24,000 nt of DNA from Candidatus Heimdallarchaeota archaeon (GTDB taxonomy: Archaea > Asgardarchaeota > Heimdallarchaeia > Heimdallarchaeales > Heimdallarchaeaceae). The stretch covers positions 1-24,000 of the forward strand of contig JAHLWR010000001.1 of assembly GCA_019057815.1 (NCBI GenBank), written 5' to 3'. Positions within the stretch are counted from its first letter, which is position 1; each line of letters starts with the position of its first letter. A model generated the notes under the pieces. That model searched no databases and was not told the DNA's origin. It worked only from the letters and a program-made list of their open reading frames with translations. Shown piece after piece: positions 1-7,649 of this stretch. Both the position numbers and the translations under genes were made by a program.

Positions 1-103
1 AGCGAAACCTAAAACAACAGCAACTAAAGCGAAACCTAAAACAACAGCAACTAAAGCGAAACCTAAAACAACAGCAACTAAAACGAAATCTAAAACAAAG
101 AAA
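1..103 (+). repeat. 27-bp head-to-tail tandem repeat: 3 identical copies (1-27, 28-54, 55-81) plus a degenerate 4th copy. It is cut by the window edge.
   Basis: The unit AGCGAAACCTAAAACAACAGCAACTAA is read three times with no mismatch, and 82-103 is a diverged copy. The period is a multiple of 3 and in frame with the partial CDS, giving AKPKTTATK per unit. Confidence 0.9.
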
Positions 104-106
104 TAG
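2..106 (+). CDS. 3' end of a CDS (5' part outside the window) encoding a Lys/Thr/Pro/Ala-rich repetitive C-terminal tail. The protein's identity is unknown.
   Basis: The open frame from the window edge reads (AKPKTTATK)x3-TKSKTKK and ends at TAG 104-106. The highly basic, low-complexity tail resembles histone-H1-like or nucleoid-protein tails. Confidence 0.5.
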   Translation, partial: AKPKTTATKAKPKTTATKAKPKTTATKTKSKTKK

Positions 107-260
107 TAATCAAGATATTTCTCAAGACTCTCAAATTTTAACAGAAAACCAAAATGATTTCTAAGTTTGTGTTGTTAAATACCAAGCAATATTTGATATT
201 AATTATTTTTTCAAATAAGAAGGGAAAAAGTTTTTACAGATTTGTGAGAAAAGGAAGTTA

Positions 261-1184
261 ATGATTACATTTCTATCAGGTGGCACAGGGACTCCTAAGT
301 TGATTCAAGGGTTTAGAAGGATTATCAACGATAATCAAATTAATATAATTGCCAACTCAGCTGATGATATTTGGATAAATGGACTTTACGTATCACCTGA
401 TGTAGATACTAATTTGTATTTATTCAGTGGACTACTAGATGTTTCAAAATACTGGGGGATTAAAGGTGATACGTATATTACAAGTGATTTTCTTAACCAG
501 ATTGACAGTAAAAATTGGTTTAGTTTAGGCGACAAAGATCTTGCAATTCATCTCTATAGAACGCAGAAAATTAGAGAAGGGATGAAGCTTTCAGAAATCA
601 CAAGAGGTTTATGTGAAAAATTAGATATAGATGCAAATATTTTACCTTGTTCTGATAATCATATAGAAACACGAATTATCACCAAAGAGGGGAATGATAT
701 TCATTTTCAAGAGTTTTGGGTGAAGTTAAAGGGAAAAGTGAATATCGAAGATATATATATCAAGCAAATTGAAATTGCAGAAGTTCCTGATAATCTTTTG
801 GAAAACCTTGAACAATCAGATTTAGTAATAATAGGCCCAAGTAACCCAATAACAAGTATTGGTCCTATCATAAAAATTAAAGAGATTAACAATTGGATGA
901 AAAAGAACAGAGAAAAATGCATAGCTATTAGCCCTATTATAGGAAAAACAGCAATTAGTGGTCCTGCTACCCAATTAATGAAAGCTAAAGGTTACGAGGT
1001 TACAGCTCTTGGTGTTTCAGAAATTTACAAAGATTTAATTAGCACTTTCATCATTGATCGATCAGATTCTGCAGAGATTGAAAAAATAACACAAACTACG
1101 GGAATTGAAACTCTAGCTGAGAATATAGTTTTTAAATCTGAAGCTGACGCAACAGAACTAAGTAAAATCATCCTAAAACGTTAA
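261..1184 (+). CDS. cofD: 2-phospho-L-lactate transferase (LPPG:Fo transferase), CofD family, F420-type cofactor biosynthesis.
   Basis: 307 aa, the typical CofD length. The N-terminal ITFLSGGTGTPKLIQGF matches the CofD/YvcK SGGTGxxKL signature. Genomic linkage to a cofC-like gene supports the call. Confidence 0.85.
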   Translation: MITFLSGGTGTPKLIQGFRRIINDNQINIIANSADDIWINGLYVSPDVDTNLYLFSGLLDVSKYWGIKGDTYITSDFLNQIDSKNWFSLGDKDLAIHLYRTQKIREGMKLSEITRGLCEKLDIDANILPCSDNHIETRIITKEGNDIHFQEFWVKLKGKVNIEDIYIKQIEIAEVPDNLLENLEQSDLVIIGPSNPITSIGPIIKIKEINNWMKKNREKCIAISPIIGKTAISGPATQLMKAKGYEVTALGVSEIYKDLISTFIIDRSDSAEIEKITQTTGIETLAENIVFKSEADATELSKIILKR

Positions 1185-1197
1185 AAGGAGAGAAGAG

Positions 1198-2013
1198 ATG
1201 AATAAAAAATTCGAGGTTCTCCCACCCATTTGTCAAGCTGCAATGGCTGGTTTTTCAGACAGAGCATTTTGTCAACAAATGCTTGACTATGGAGTAGGGA
1301 TGGTTACATTGGGTGGCTATTCATTAGATGAAACCTCCTTAACGGCAACCTACAATGTAGTTAAAAGGGGAAAAAAAGAGACGATAGTACCTCTAGAAAA
1401 AGAACAGTTCAATCAATGGTGCAAAAAAAATCTCATTTTAAATAAAAAGTCAGAAAAACAGTTGATAGCTGTAAATGGAAGAATAGCTAATACGAACAAT
1501 CAAACAGCAAACATTTTGAATATTTTATCTAGACATGTTGACTGTTTTGAACTAAATGCGCATTGTAGACAACCAGAATTCCTAAGAATAAATAGTGGCT
1601 ACAAGCTTTTACTAGATTTAGAAAAACTTGAGGAGATATTAGATTTTGTAAAGAATTTTTTCTCATCCAAACTCATTGGTATAAAAATAAGAGGATATAC
1701 TGTAAAAAACATATCACAGTTGTTTTCAGTTTTGGAATCATTAGATATAACTTATATACATTTAGATGCAATGAGAAAAGGAATAGAACAAGCTAATCTT
1801 AAATTAGTCCAAAAAATATGTAAACACACTTCAATTCCAGTAATAGGAAACAATTCTATCAGGACAATTAATGATATTAATAATATGCTAAAATCAGGAG
1901 CTATTGCAGTATCACTAGCACGTCCTCTACTCTCTAAACCTTATATTATACAAGAATTAATCAACAGCTTTGAAGGGAAAGTGAATGACAGTAGCAATAC
2001 TGATACCCTATAG
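1198..2013 (+). CDS. Dus/NifR3-related FMN-type TIM-barrel oxidoreductase (archaeal NifR3-related group). Substrate unknown.
   Basis: AAMAGFSDRAFC resembles the Dus motif APMAGVTDxxFR. ELNAHCRQPE resembles Dus IDxNxGCP, which carries the catalytic Cys. IKIRGY, IHLDAMRKG and IPVIGNNSI...SLARPLL follow the Dus barrel order. The gene starts 13 nt after the cofD stop and overlaps the cofC start by 29 nt. Confidence 0.6.
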   Translation: MNKKFEVLPPICQAAMAGFSDRAFCQQMLDYGVGMVTLGGYSLDETSLTATYNVVKRGKKETIVPLEKEQFNQWCKKNLILNKKSEKQLIAVNGRIANTNNQTANILNILSRHVDCFELNAHCRQPEFLRINSGYKLLLDLEKLEEILDFVKNFFSSKLIGIKIRGYTVKNISQLFSVLESLDITYIHLDAMRKGIEQANLKLVQKICKHTSIPVIGNNSIRTINDINNMLKSGAIAVSLARPLLSKPYIIQELINSFEGKVNDSSNTDTL

Positions 2014-2617
2014 AGGAACAAACAAAGGAAAAGGTAGGCTTCGTAAAGATATTGATGATTCTATTGTTGATAATATACTTTTTAAGATGACACAACATAT
2101 AATTGAAGAATCTTCAAAGGTTGATTATCAAAATAATATTTACTTGTTAACAAGAAGCCAAAACACAGAATTCAAAGGATCTTATAACTCACTTATTGAT
2201 GAAGGAGATGATTTAAACGACGCAGTGGGTCTAGCATCTAAAAAACTTGAGGAAGATATTGTTCTTGTGGTCATGGCCGACTTACCTTTGATTTCAAAAG
2301 ATGAAATAGAAAAGACAATTTATTTACTTCAGGAAACAAATCAAGTTATTATAGCCCCCTCTCAGGATAATGGAACTAGTCTTTTAGGATTTGTAAAAGG
2401 AAGTTTAACAGAATTTGTTTTCGGTAAAAATTCATCCTATAGATTCCAAGAAATATTCGAAACAAATAAAATTCCATATTACAAATTTAATTACAAAAAA
2501 TCATTTAAAGACATCGATACTTTTAAAGATTTAACGGAAATTGCACAAGACGATTTATGTCCTAAATGGCTAAAAGAAATCGTTATGGAGTATAGAAAAA
2601 ATGAAAGAGAAAATTGA
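1985..2617 (+). CDS. cofC: 2-phospho-L-lactate (or PEP) guanylyltransferase, CofC/FbiD family.
   Basis: 210 aa. The N-terminal VAILIPYRGTNKGKGRL matches CofC IPxKxxxxAKSRL. VMADLPLIS matches the MobA-like nucleotidyltransferase DLP motif. The gene is in an operon with cofD. Confidence 0.7.
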   Translation: MTVAILIPYRGTNKGKGRLRKDIDDSIVDNILFKMTQHIIEESSKVDYQNNIYLLTRSQNTEFKGSYNSLIDEGDDLNDAVGLASKKLEEDIVLVVMADLPLISKDEIEKTIYLLQETNQVIIAPSQDNGTSLLGFVKGSLTEFVFGKNSSYRFQEIFETNKIPYYKFNYKKSFKDIDTFKDLTEIAQDDLCPKWLKEIVMEYRKNEREN

Positions 2618-3752
2618 ACGTATTCAAAACATGCTAAAAAAACACAATATTGATGCATGGGTAGTTTTTAGTCACCATTCTTATGATATTCACAGTAAAT
2701 ATCTATTACAGAAATGGGTCTCTAGTCCCGCTCTAGTAGTTATATCGCAAGATTCTTCCCGAGTAGTTATTTCAGCAATGGAAGCAATGATGATTAATCA
2801 TCAAGCATATGAAGTTCATGCTTATAAAAAAGGTTCAGAAATGAAGGAAAATATTGGGAAAATCATGAAAAGTTTCCCAGATGGAGCTAAAATAGCTCTA
2901 AATTTTGTTGAAGCTGATGATGCTTTAGACATGATGAATAGAGATATAATAGCAAGTGGAACAAAAATAGCCTTAATGAAATTTAATGAAAAACTGCAAT
3001 ATGTTTCAGCTAAGAATCTTATTTTTGATATTCGAAGTGTAAAAACAAAGAAAGAAATTTCGAATCATAAAGAAGCAGCAAAGTTAGCTGAAGAATTAAT
3101 GGAAACTGTTGTTGAATCTATGATAAAACCAGGGATGACAGAAAAAGAAATTGCAGCTTTAGTAGAATATGAATGTAATAAAAGAGGGGGAGTAGCTTTT
3201 GATGCAATAGTAGCTGCAGGATCTCATGCTGCTATTCCACACCACGAACCAGGAGAGAAGAAAATAAAGAACAACCAAGTTTTGTTAATTGATTACGGAG
3301 TCACCTACAAGTGGTCAAATAGTGATATTACACATACTTATTGGATAGGTTCAAATCCCCCTGAAGAAGTCCTAAATGCATATGAAGCTGTAGATCAAGC
3401 TAAAGAAGCAGCTTATAAACTGATAAAGGCTGGTGTCCTCTCTTCTGATGTTGAAGCAGCAGTTCGTGCTAAATTTGAAGAATTTGGATACGATCCTGAG
3501 AAATATTTTATCCATTCAACCGGGCATCCACTTGGCATTGAAACTCATGATATAGGGATTGGTATCCGTAGAGCTTATCCCGACTCACCTTCGAAACCTT
3601 TGCTTGAAAATTCAATTGTTACAGTTGAACCAGGTTTATATTTTGAAAACAAATTTGGTATAAGACTAGAAGATGATTGTGTAGTTACCAAGGAGGGTTC
3701 AATCAGATTATCAAATACACCTAAAAAAATGAAATGCTTAGATTTTAAATAG
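2601..3752 (+). CDS. M24B-family metallopeptidase (Xaa-Pro dipeptidase/aminopeptidase P-like).
   Basis: The pita-bread metal-ligand pattern is present: HHEPG, LIDYGVTY..SDITHT, HSTGHPLGIETHD, VEPGLY, RLEDD. The gene overlaps the cofC end by 17 nt. Confidence 0.85.
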   Translation: MKEKIERIQNMLKKHNIDAWVVFSHHSYDIHSKYLLQKWVSSPALVVISQDSSRVVISAMEAMMINHQAYEVHAYKKGSEMKENIGKIMKSFPDGAKIALNFVEADDALDMMNRDIIASGTKIALMKFNEKLQYVSAKNLIFDIRSVKTKKEISNHKEAAKLAEELMETVVESMIKPGMTEKEIAALVEYECNKRGGVAFDAIVAAGSHAAIPHHEPGEKKIKNNQVLLIDYGVTYKWSNSDITHTYWIGSNPPEEVLNAYEAVDQAKEAAYKLIKAGVLSSDVEAAVRAKFEEFGYDPEKYFIHSTGHPLGIETHDIGIGIRRAYPDSPSKPLLENSIVTVEPGLYFENKFGIRLEDDCVVTKEGSIRLSNTPKKMKCLDFK

Positions 3753-3878
3753 ATCAAGTCATTTCTAAACTCTTTTACACTTTTATCAATCAAAATTAAT
3801 TTTTATCAAAAATGTAATACTTCGGTGTAGTACGGATATTATGTCGTTTTTTACTAAGAAGTAAAAATGTTATATTAG

Positions 3879-4505
3879 GTGTTAGTTATGTCTTGGAAGC
3901 TGTGGCTTAAATCAAATAAAACAAAGAAAATTAATTTAGGTTTTTACGGCGAAGTGAATGCTGGGAAAACAACTCTTGCAAACAAGATAGGAATGGATTG
4001 GGCTAGTCAAGAAGTAGGAGAAGTTAGTGAAATCCCTCATGAAACTCGTGAAATTCAAAAGTTGGAAAAAGTAAAATTTGTTGCAGAGGGAACAAATTTA
4101 GATCTTACTCTTATAGATATGCCTGGTGTTGCAACGTCTGTTAATCCAAAAGATTTTATCAAATTCGGATTATCTCCTGCTGAGGCGCTTCAAAGAGCAA
4201 AAGAAGCTACAAGAGGGATTGTTGAAGCTATAAAATATTTGGAAAATGTTGATGTAGCTTTAGTTGTTGTTGACGCAACTAAACATCCTTTCGATCAGGT
4301 AAACTTCACTATTATTGGTAATCTTGAAGCTCAAAATAAACCATTCATAATTGTGCCAAACAAAGTCGACTTACCTGATTCTAACGCAGAATTAGTTAAA
4401 GATGCATTTAGTAATTATCATGTTGCTCCAATTAGTGCTTTACAGGGAGAAGGTATATACGATCTTTACAATATGATAGCTAGCTTGGCTAGGAAGGTGA
4501 GGTGA
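3879..4505 (+). CDS. Era/EngB-like (MMR_HSR1-type) small GTP-binding protein.
   Basis: G1 is GEVNAGKT, G3 is DMPG and G4 is NKVD. The track start is GTG 3879; ATG 3888 (MSWKLW) is an equally plausible start. Confidence 0.75.
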   Translation: MLVMSWKLWLKSNKTKKINLGFYGEVNAGKTTLANKIGMDWASQEVGEVSEIPHETREIQKLEKVKFVAEGTNLDLTLIDMPGVATSVNPKDFIKFGLSPAEALQRAKEATRGIVEAIKYLENVDVALVVVDATKHPFDQVNFTIIGNLEAQNKPFIIVPNKVDLPDSNAELVKDAFSNYHVAPISALQGEGIYDLYNMIASLARKVR

Positions 4506-4861
4506 TAATTATGTCTTTTAGCGTTGATTTTGTTCCATCTACAGAAACCCAAGATCTCTCATATCACGATAAGATAAATTATATACTTACCAGAGTGATA
4601 CAACGAAGCATCGTTGTATTAGAAACAAGCCTAACACCAGAAGAGGAAATGGGCCTTATTGAAAAAACTATGAAACATATAAATTTCAAAGATTTCAACG
4701 GAATACGTTTGGTTTCGTTCGATAGCGGTGAAACACTTAGGAGAACTAAACTCTTTGGGCGATCTTCAAACACTAGAACTTTCACCATCGTAGCTCCAAA
4801 TGACGCAGTATCCATACTTAAAGACGATAGAGGTATTCTATCTATAAAATTTAACAGGTAG
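4502..4861 (+). CDS. Small uncharacterised protein translationally coupled to the GTPase. From memory it resembles the archaeal DUF2073-type partner of Era-like GTPases (unverified).
   Basis: A GTGA start/stop overlap joins it to the upstream gene. Alternatively ATG 4511 is the start, preceded by a GGTGAGGTGA Shine-Dalgarno-like run. There are no recognisable catalytic motifs. The core VVLETSLTPEEEMGLIEKTM..F.GI looks conserved. Confidence 0.5.
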   Translation: MIIMSFSVDFVPSTETQDLSYHDKINYILTRVIQRSIVVLETSLTPEEEMGLIEKTMKHINFKDFNGIRLVSFDSGETLRRTKLFGRSSNTRTFTIVAPNDAVSILKDDRGILSIKFNR

Positions 4862-5378
4862 AATCCTCTTCTTTCCTCTCTTTTCTCCCTTTTATAATAT
4901 TTAAAACATCATTACAAGAGTTTTCTTCAGTTTCGTCAGTATTAACGACAGAAACATTTTCTTCTCCATAGGATTTCAACATTTCAGTTAAAATCACCTC
5001 CATAATTTCCGCTTCAACATTTTCTTCGATTTTAGAAGGTTTGTACTCACGTTCTTCTAATCTTATTCTTAGAGTCTTTATTGAGCATCGCAACACAATA
5101 CAGTGATAAATATACTCTGAAGGTATAATCATAACATGACCATCAAGAATAATTGGAACAGGAGAACTGTTATTCTCAATAAGCTCAACCAGAACAGGAG
5201 TCAATAAATTATCATCTACCACGTAACACTCCATTTCATCATCATACAGAGTATAAAGGTGTTTTTCTTTAACTATTTTACCTACTTCATGAACTTCGTA
5301 TCCATGAGTTGAAAGCATCTTTGAAATGGTTGTTTTTCCGGTTCCAGGAGTACCTGTTATTATTATAGCTTTATTCAT
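4851..5378 (-). CDS. Fap7/adenylate kinase isoenzyme 6-like NTPase (small-subunit ribosome biogenesis factor).
   Basis: P-loop IIITGTPGTGKTT at the N-terminus. ILDGH, VLRC...L..RL..R.Y...KI.EN.EAEI matches the archaeal/eukaryotic AK6 pattern. 175 aa. Confidence 0.8.
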   Translation of the reverse strand: MNKAIIITGTPGTGKTTISKMLSTHGYEVHEVGKIVKEKHLYTLYDDEMECYVVDDNLLTPVLVELIENNSSPVPIILDGHVMIIPSEYIYHCIVLRCSIKTLRIRLEEREYKPSKIEENVEAEIMEVILTEMLKSYGEENVSVVNTDETEENSCNDVLNIIKGRKERKEEDSTC

Positions 5379-5430
5379 TGTGGGGAGTTGAGGAAGAAGA
5401 ATTTAAAACTTCTTAAATTTGAGAAAATCT

Positions 5431-6162
5431 TTACTTTAACATCTCATCAGAAAGTTTACTCTTTCCTTTAAGTGCTTTAATAATCCTCATTTTTTTTGCT
5501 TCTCCTGATCTAATCTTCCTGAAATTATCTCTTTGCCTACTTAGCATAATAAGAGCAATTCCAAACATTAGACATGCCACTGCTAGATTACACTTAGCCC
5601 AAGGCATCATCATACATGGGGGTAGAAATAGAACTATAACTCCCGTAAGAGCTGTTACTAAAACATATGTAATAGAAGAATAACCTACAATGGTGATGAC
5701 AATTGGCCATAGAACGACCCAAAATAGAATTAATATTGGATTAGCAACAAGTAATGATCCAAGAACTACAGTTATTCCTCGTCCACCGTGAGATAGAAGA
5801 TAAATTGGCCAATTATGACCAAAAGCTGCTCCCAATCCAGCTATTGTTAGAGCGAAACATGATGGAATCACATCAGTATATGGCCAAAATTGGATTGGAT
5901 CTCCTTGTTCAAAGAAATATTTGAATATGAAATATGAAGAAGTTATTGCAGTTACTGACCTTGTTAAATCTAAAATTCCAGCTAAAATACCTAAATTTCT
6001 AGACTTTGTTGCTCTGTAAACATTCCTTCCACCTACATTACCAGAACCTATTTTTCGTAAATCTTCACCTGTTTTTAATTTGGTCACAATCCAACTAAAA
6101 GGTATTGAACCAATCAAATATGAACCGATAAATACTAGAATATAAGCCACAGCGAAATGCAT
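5431..6162 (-). CDS. plsY: PlsY-like glycerol-3-phosphate acyltransferase family (DUF205) membrane protein.
   Basis: GSIPFSWIV, GSGNVGGRNVYR (PlsY GSGNxGxTN) and the C-terminal RDNFRKIRSGEAKK (PlsY HRxNIxRLxxGTExK). Multiple TM segments. Confidence 0.7.
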   Translation of the reverse strand: MHFAVAYILVFIGSYLIGSIPFSWIVTKLKTGEDLRKIGSGNVGGRNVYRATKSRNLGILAGILDLTRSVTAITSSYFIFKYFFEQGDPIQFWPYTDVIPSCFALTIAGLGAAFGHNWPIYLLSHGGRGITVVLGSLLVANPILILFWVVLWPIVITIVGYSSITYVLVTALTGVIVLFLPPCMMMPWAKCNLAVACLMFGIALIMLSRQRDNFRKIRSGEAKKMRIIKALKGKSKLSDEMLK

Positions 6163-6180
6163 AAACTATGTTCAAAACAT

Positions 6181-6196
6181 CTTTAATATAAAATTT
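6181..6196 (-). promoter_or_regulatory. TATA-like box for plsY (leaderless transcript predicted).
   Basis: CTTTAATATAAAATTT is centred about 26 nt upstream of the plsY ATG (6162, minus strand). Confidence 0.35.
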
Positions 6197-6220
6197 ATGT
6201 GAGAGCAAAGTTAATCAAAC

Positions 6221-6230
6221 TTTTATATTA
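6221..6230 (+). promoter_or_regulatory. TATA-like box for the phosphohexomutase gene (leaderless transcript predicted).
   Basis: TTTTATATTA is centred about 25 nt upstream of ATG 6250. This placement argues against the GTG 6199 start in the ORF track. Confidence 0.4.
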
Positions 6231-6249
6231 CAAAAAATTTCGTACTGCG

Positions 6250-7623
6250 ATGACAGATAACATTTCTCCTCATATTTTTCGAGCTTATGATATAAGAGGG
6301 TTGTACAATAAAGATTTAACTCCTGAAATTATGTACCAAATAGGTCTAGCGGCAGGAACATATGTTACAAACGAATTAAAAGGAAAAAAAATAGTTGTAG
6401 GAAGCGATTTAAGACAAACTAGTATGCCTTTAGCTTATGCATTCATATCGGGGGCTACTACAGTAGGCGTTGATGTAACTTATGTTGGTACAACCGCTTT
6501 TGGTCAAACTCTGTTCAAAGGATGGAGATTAAAAAAGGATGCTATAGCATTCATTACTGGGAGCCATCTACCTCCAGAATGGAATGGAATTAAGTTCTAT
6601 TTTTCTGACGGTGTTGGGTTTCCAGAAGAGGAATTAATGAAAATAAGAGATATTTGCTTAACAAAAGAATATTCAAAGGTAGAATGGGAAAAAATTGGAA
6701 AAATAGAGACCGCAGACGCAAAACAAGATTATTTAGAATTTTTCAAAAACAGAATGAATTTTGAGAAAGAGATAAAAGTAGCTTTAGACTGTGGAGGAGC
6801 GAGCACTACGCTTTCTGCCCCTCAGGTTTTTAGAGAAATTGGTTTAGAAGTAACACCAGTTTATTGTGAACCTGATCCAACATTTTCTGCGAGACCATCA
6901 GACCCCAAACCTAAAAATCTTACAAAACTAGTAGCAGAAGTCAAAATGAACAATTGTGATTTTGGTGTTGCTTTTGATGGAGATGGAGATCGAGCAGTAA
7001 TAGTTGACGATAAAGGAAGAGTGCTATCAGCAGATCAAACAGGGATAATTATAGGTAAATATGGTCTAGAAGAGAAAAAAGGCACAATAATTGTTAATGT
7101 GGAGTGTTCAAAATCTGTAGGAGAGCAACTCGAACCACTTGGGTTCAAAATAAAACAAATCCCAGTAGGTCACACATTTTTAACTCTTGAAGCAAAGAAT
7201 GAGAATTCTCCTTTAGGGATAGAATCTAGCGGACATCTGATTTTACCTGAATTTTTCCTATTTGATGACGCATTAGTTATACCTATGAAAATAGCGGAAA
7301 TAATTGAAAAAACAAAGAAAAAATTAAGCGAACTTGTTCAAGAGATACCCGTATACCCCATTAAAAAAGAAGAAGTAGACTGTGACGATGAACTAAAATT
7401 CAAGGTTATTGATATCCTAAAAAGTGAGCTTCTGAAAGAATACACAAATGTTAATATTATGGATGGTATTAGAGTAGAACTTGATGAAGGTTGGGTATTA
7501 ATCCGAGCTTCAAATACTTCCCCCTTAATCAGACTTACAGCAGAAGCGGATAATGACCAAATACTAAATGACATTGTAGACATGTTCAAAAACAAACTTG
7601 ATAAAGTCATAAAGCAATTATAA
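6250..7623 (+). CDS. Phosphomannomutase/phosphoglucomutase/phosphoglucosamine mutase (alpha-D-phosphohexomutase superfamily, archaeal type).
   Basis: FRAYDIRG at the N-terminus. Active-site Ser loop TGSHLPPEWNGIKF. Mg loop FDGDGDR. Sugar loop ESSGH. C-terminal phosphate loop RASNTSP. The start is set at ATG 6250 (MTDNISPHIFRAYDIRG) rather than GTG 6199. Confidence 0.85.
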   Translation: MTDNISPHIFRAYDIRGLYNKDLTPEIMYQIGLAAGTYVTNELKGKKIVVGSDLRQTSMPLAYAFISGATTVGVDVTYVGTTAFGQTLFKGWRLKKDAIAFITGSHLPPEWNGIKFYFSDGVGFPEEELMKIRDICLTKEYSKVEWEKIGKIETADAKQDYLEFFKNRMNFEKEIKVALDCGGASTTLSAPQVFREIGLEVTPVYCEPDPTFSARPSDPKPKNLTKLVAEVKMNNCDFGVAFDGDGDRAVIVDDKGRVLSADQTGIIIGKYGLEEKKGTIIVNVECSKSVGEQLEPLGFKIKQIPVGHTFLTLEAKNENSPLGIESSGHLILPEFFLFDDALVIPMKIAEIIEKTKKKLSELVQEIPVYPIKKEEVDCDDELKFKVIDILKSELLKEYTNVNIMDGIRVELDEGWVLIRASNTSPLIRLTAEADNDQILNDIVDMFKNKLDKVIKQL

Positions 7624-7649
7624 AGAGATAATTAGTACAGGTTATTCAA

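Noticed and set aside
1-103. Short direct repeats at the window start that might have been a CRISPR array or a satellite.
   Set aside because: The units are head-to-tail with no spacers, are 27 bp long (a multiple of 3), and read in frame into a stop codon. They are coding tandem repeats, not CRISPR.
707-922. Antisense or alternative-frame ORFs in the track: 707-922, 3575-3793, 4579-4815, 7338-7610, 7646-7828, 12197-12406, 12250-12480, 14467-14817, 14866-15057, 15617-15889, 15876-16115, 16340-16528, 16744-16974, 19629-19820, 20069-20272, 21599-21787 and 21851-22036.
   Set aside because: Each lies inside a longer ORF with clear family motifs. Their translations are low-complexity Ser/Phe/Ile/Leu-rich strings without motifs, which is typical of shadow ORFs.
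3848-3867. A perfect 8-bp hairpin, TTTTTACT-AAGA-AGTAAAAA, just upstream of the Era-like GTPase start, considered as a possible riboswitch or attenuator.
   Set aside because: The stem is almost entirely A/T and very weak, with no flanking conserved structure. It could be a weak terminator for the upstream operon, but this cannot be supported.
6199-6249. A GTG-initiated 17-codon N-terminal extension of the phosphohexomutase (the track start).
   Set aside because: A TATA-like box at 6221-6230 lies inside this extension, at the right distance for a leaderless mRNA starting at ATG 6250. The conserved N-terminus (IFRAYDIRG) follows shortly after 6250.
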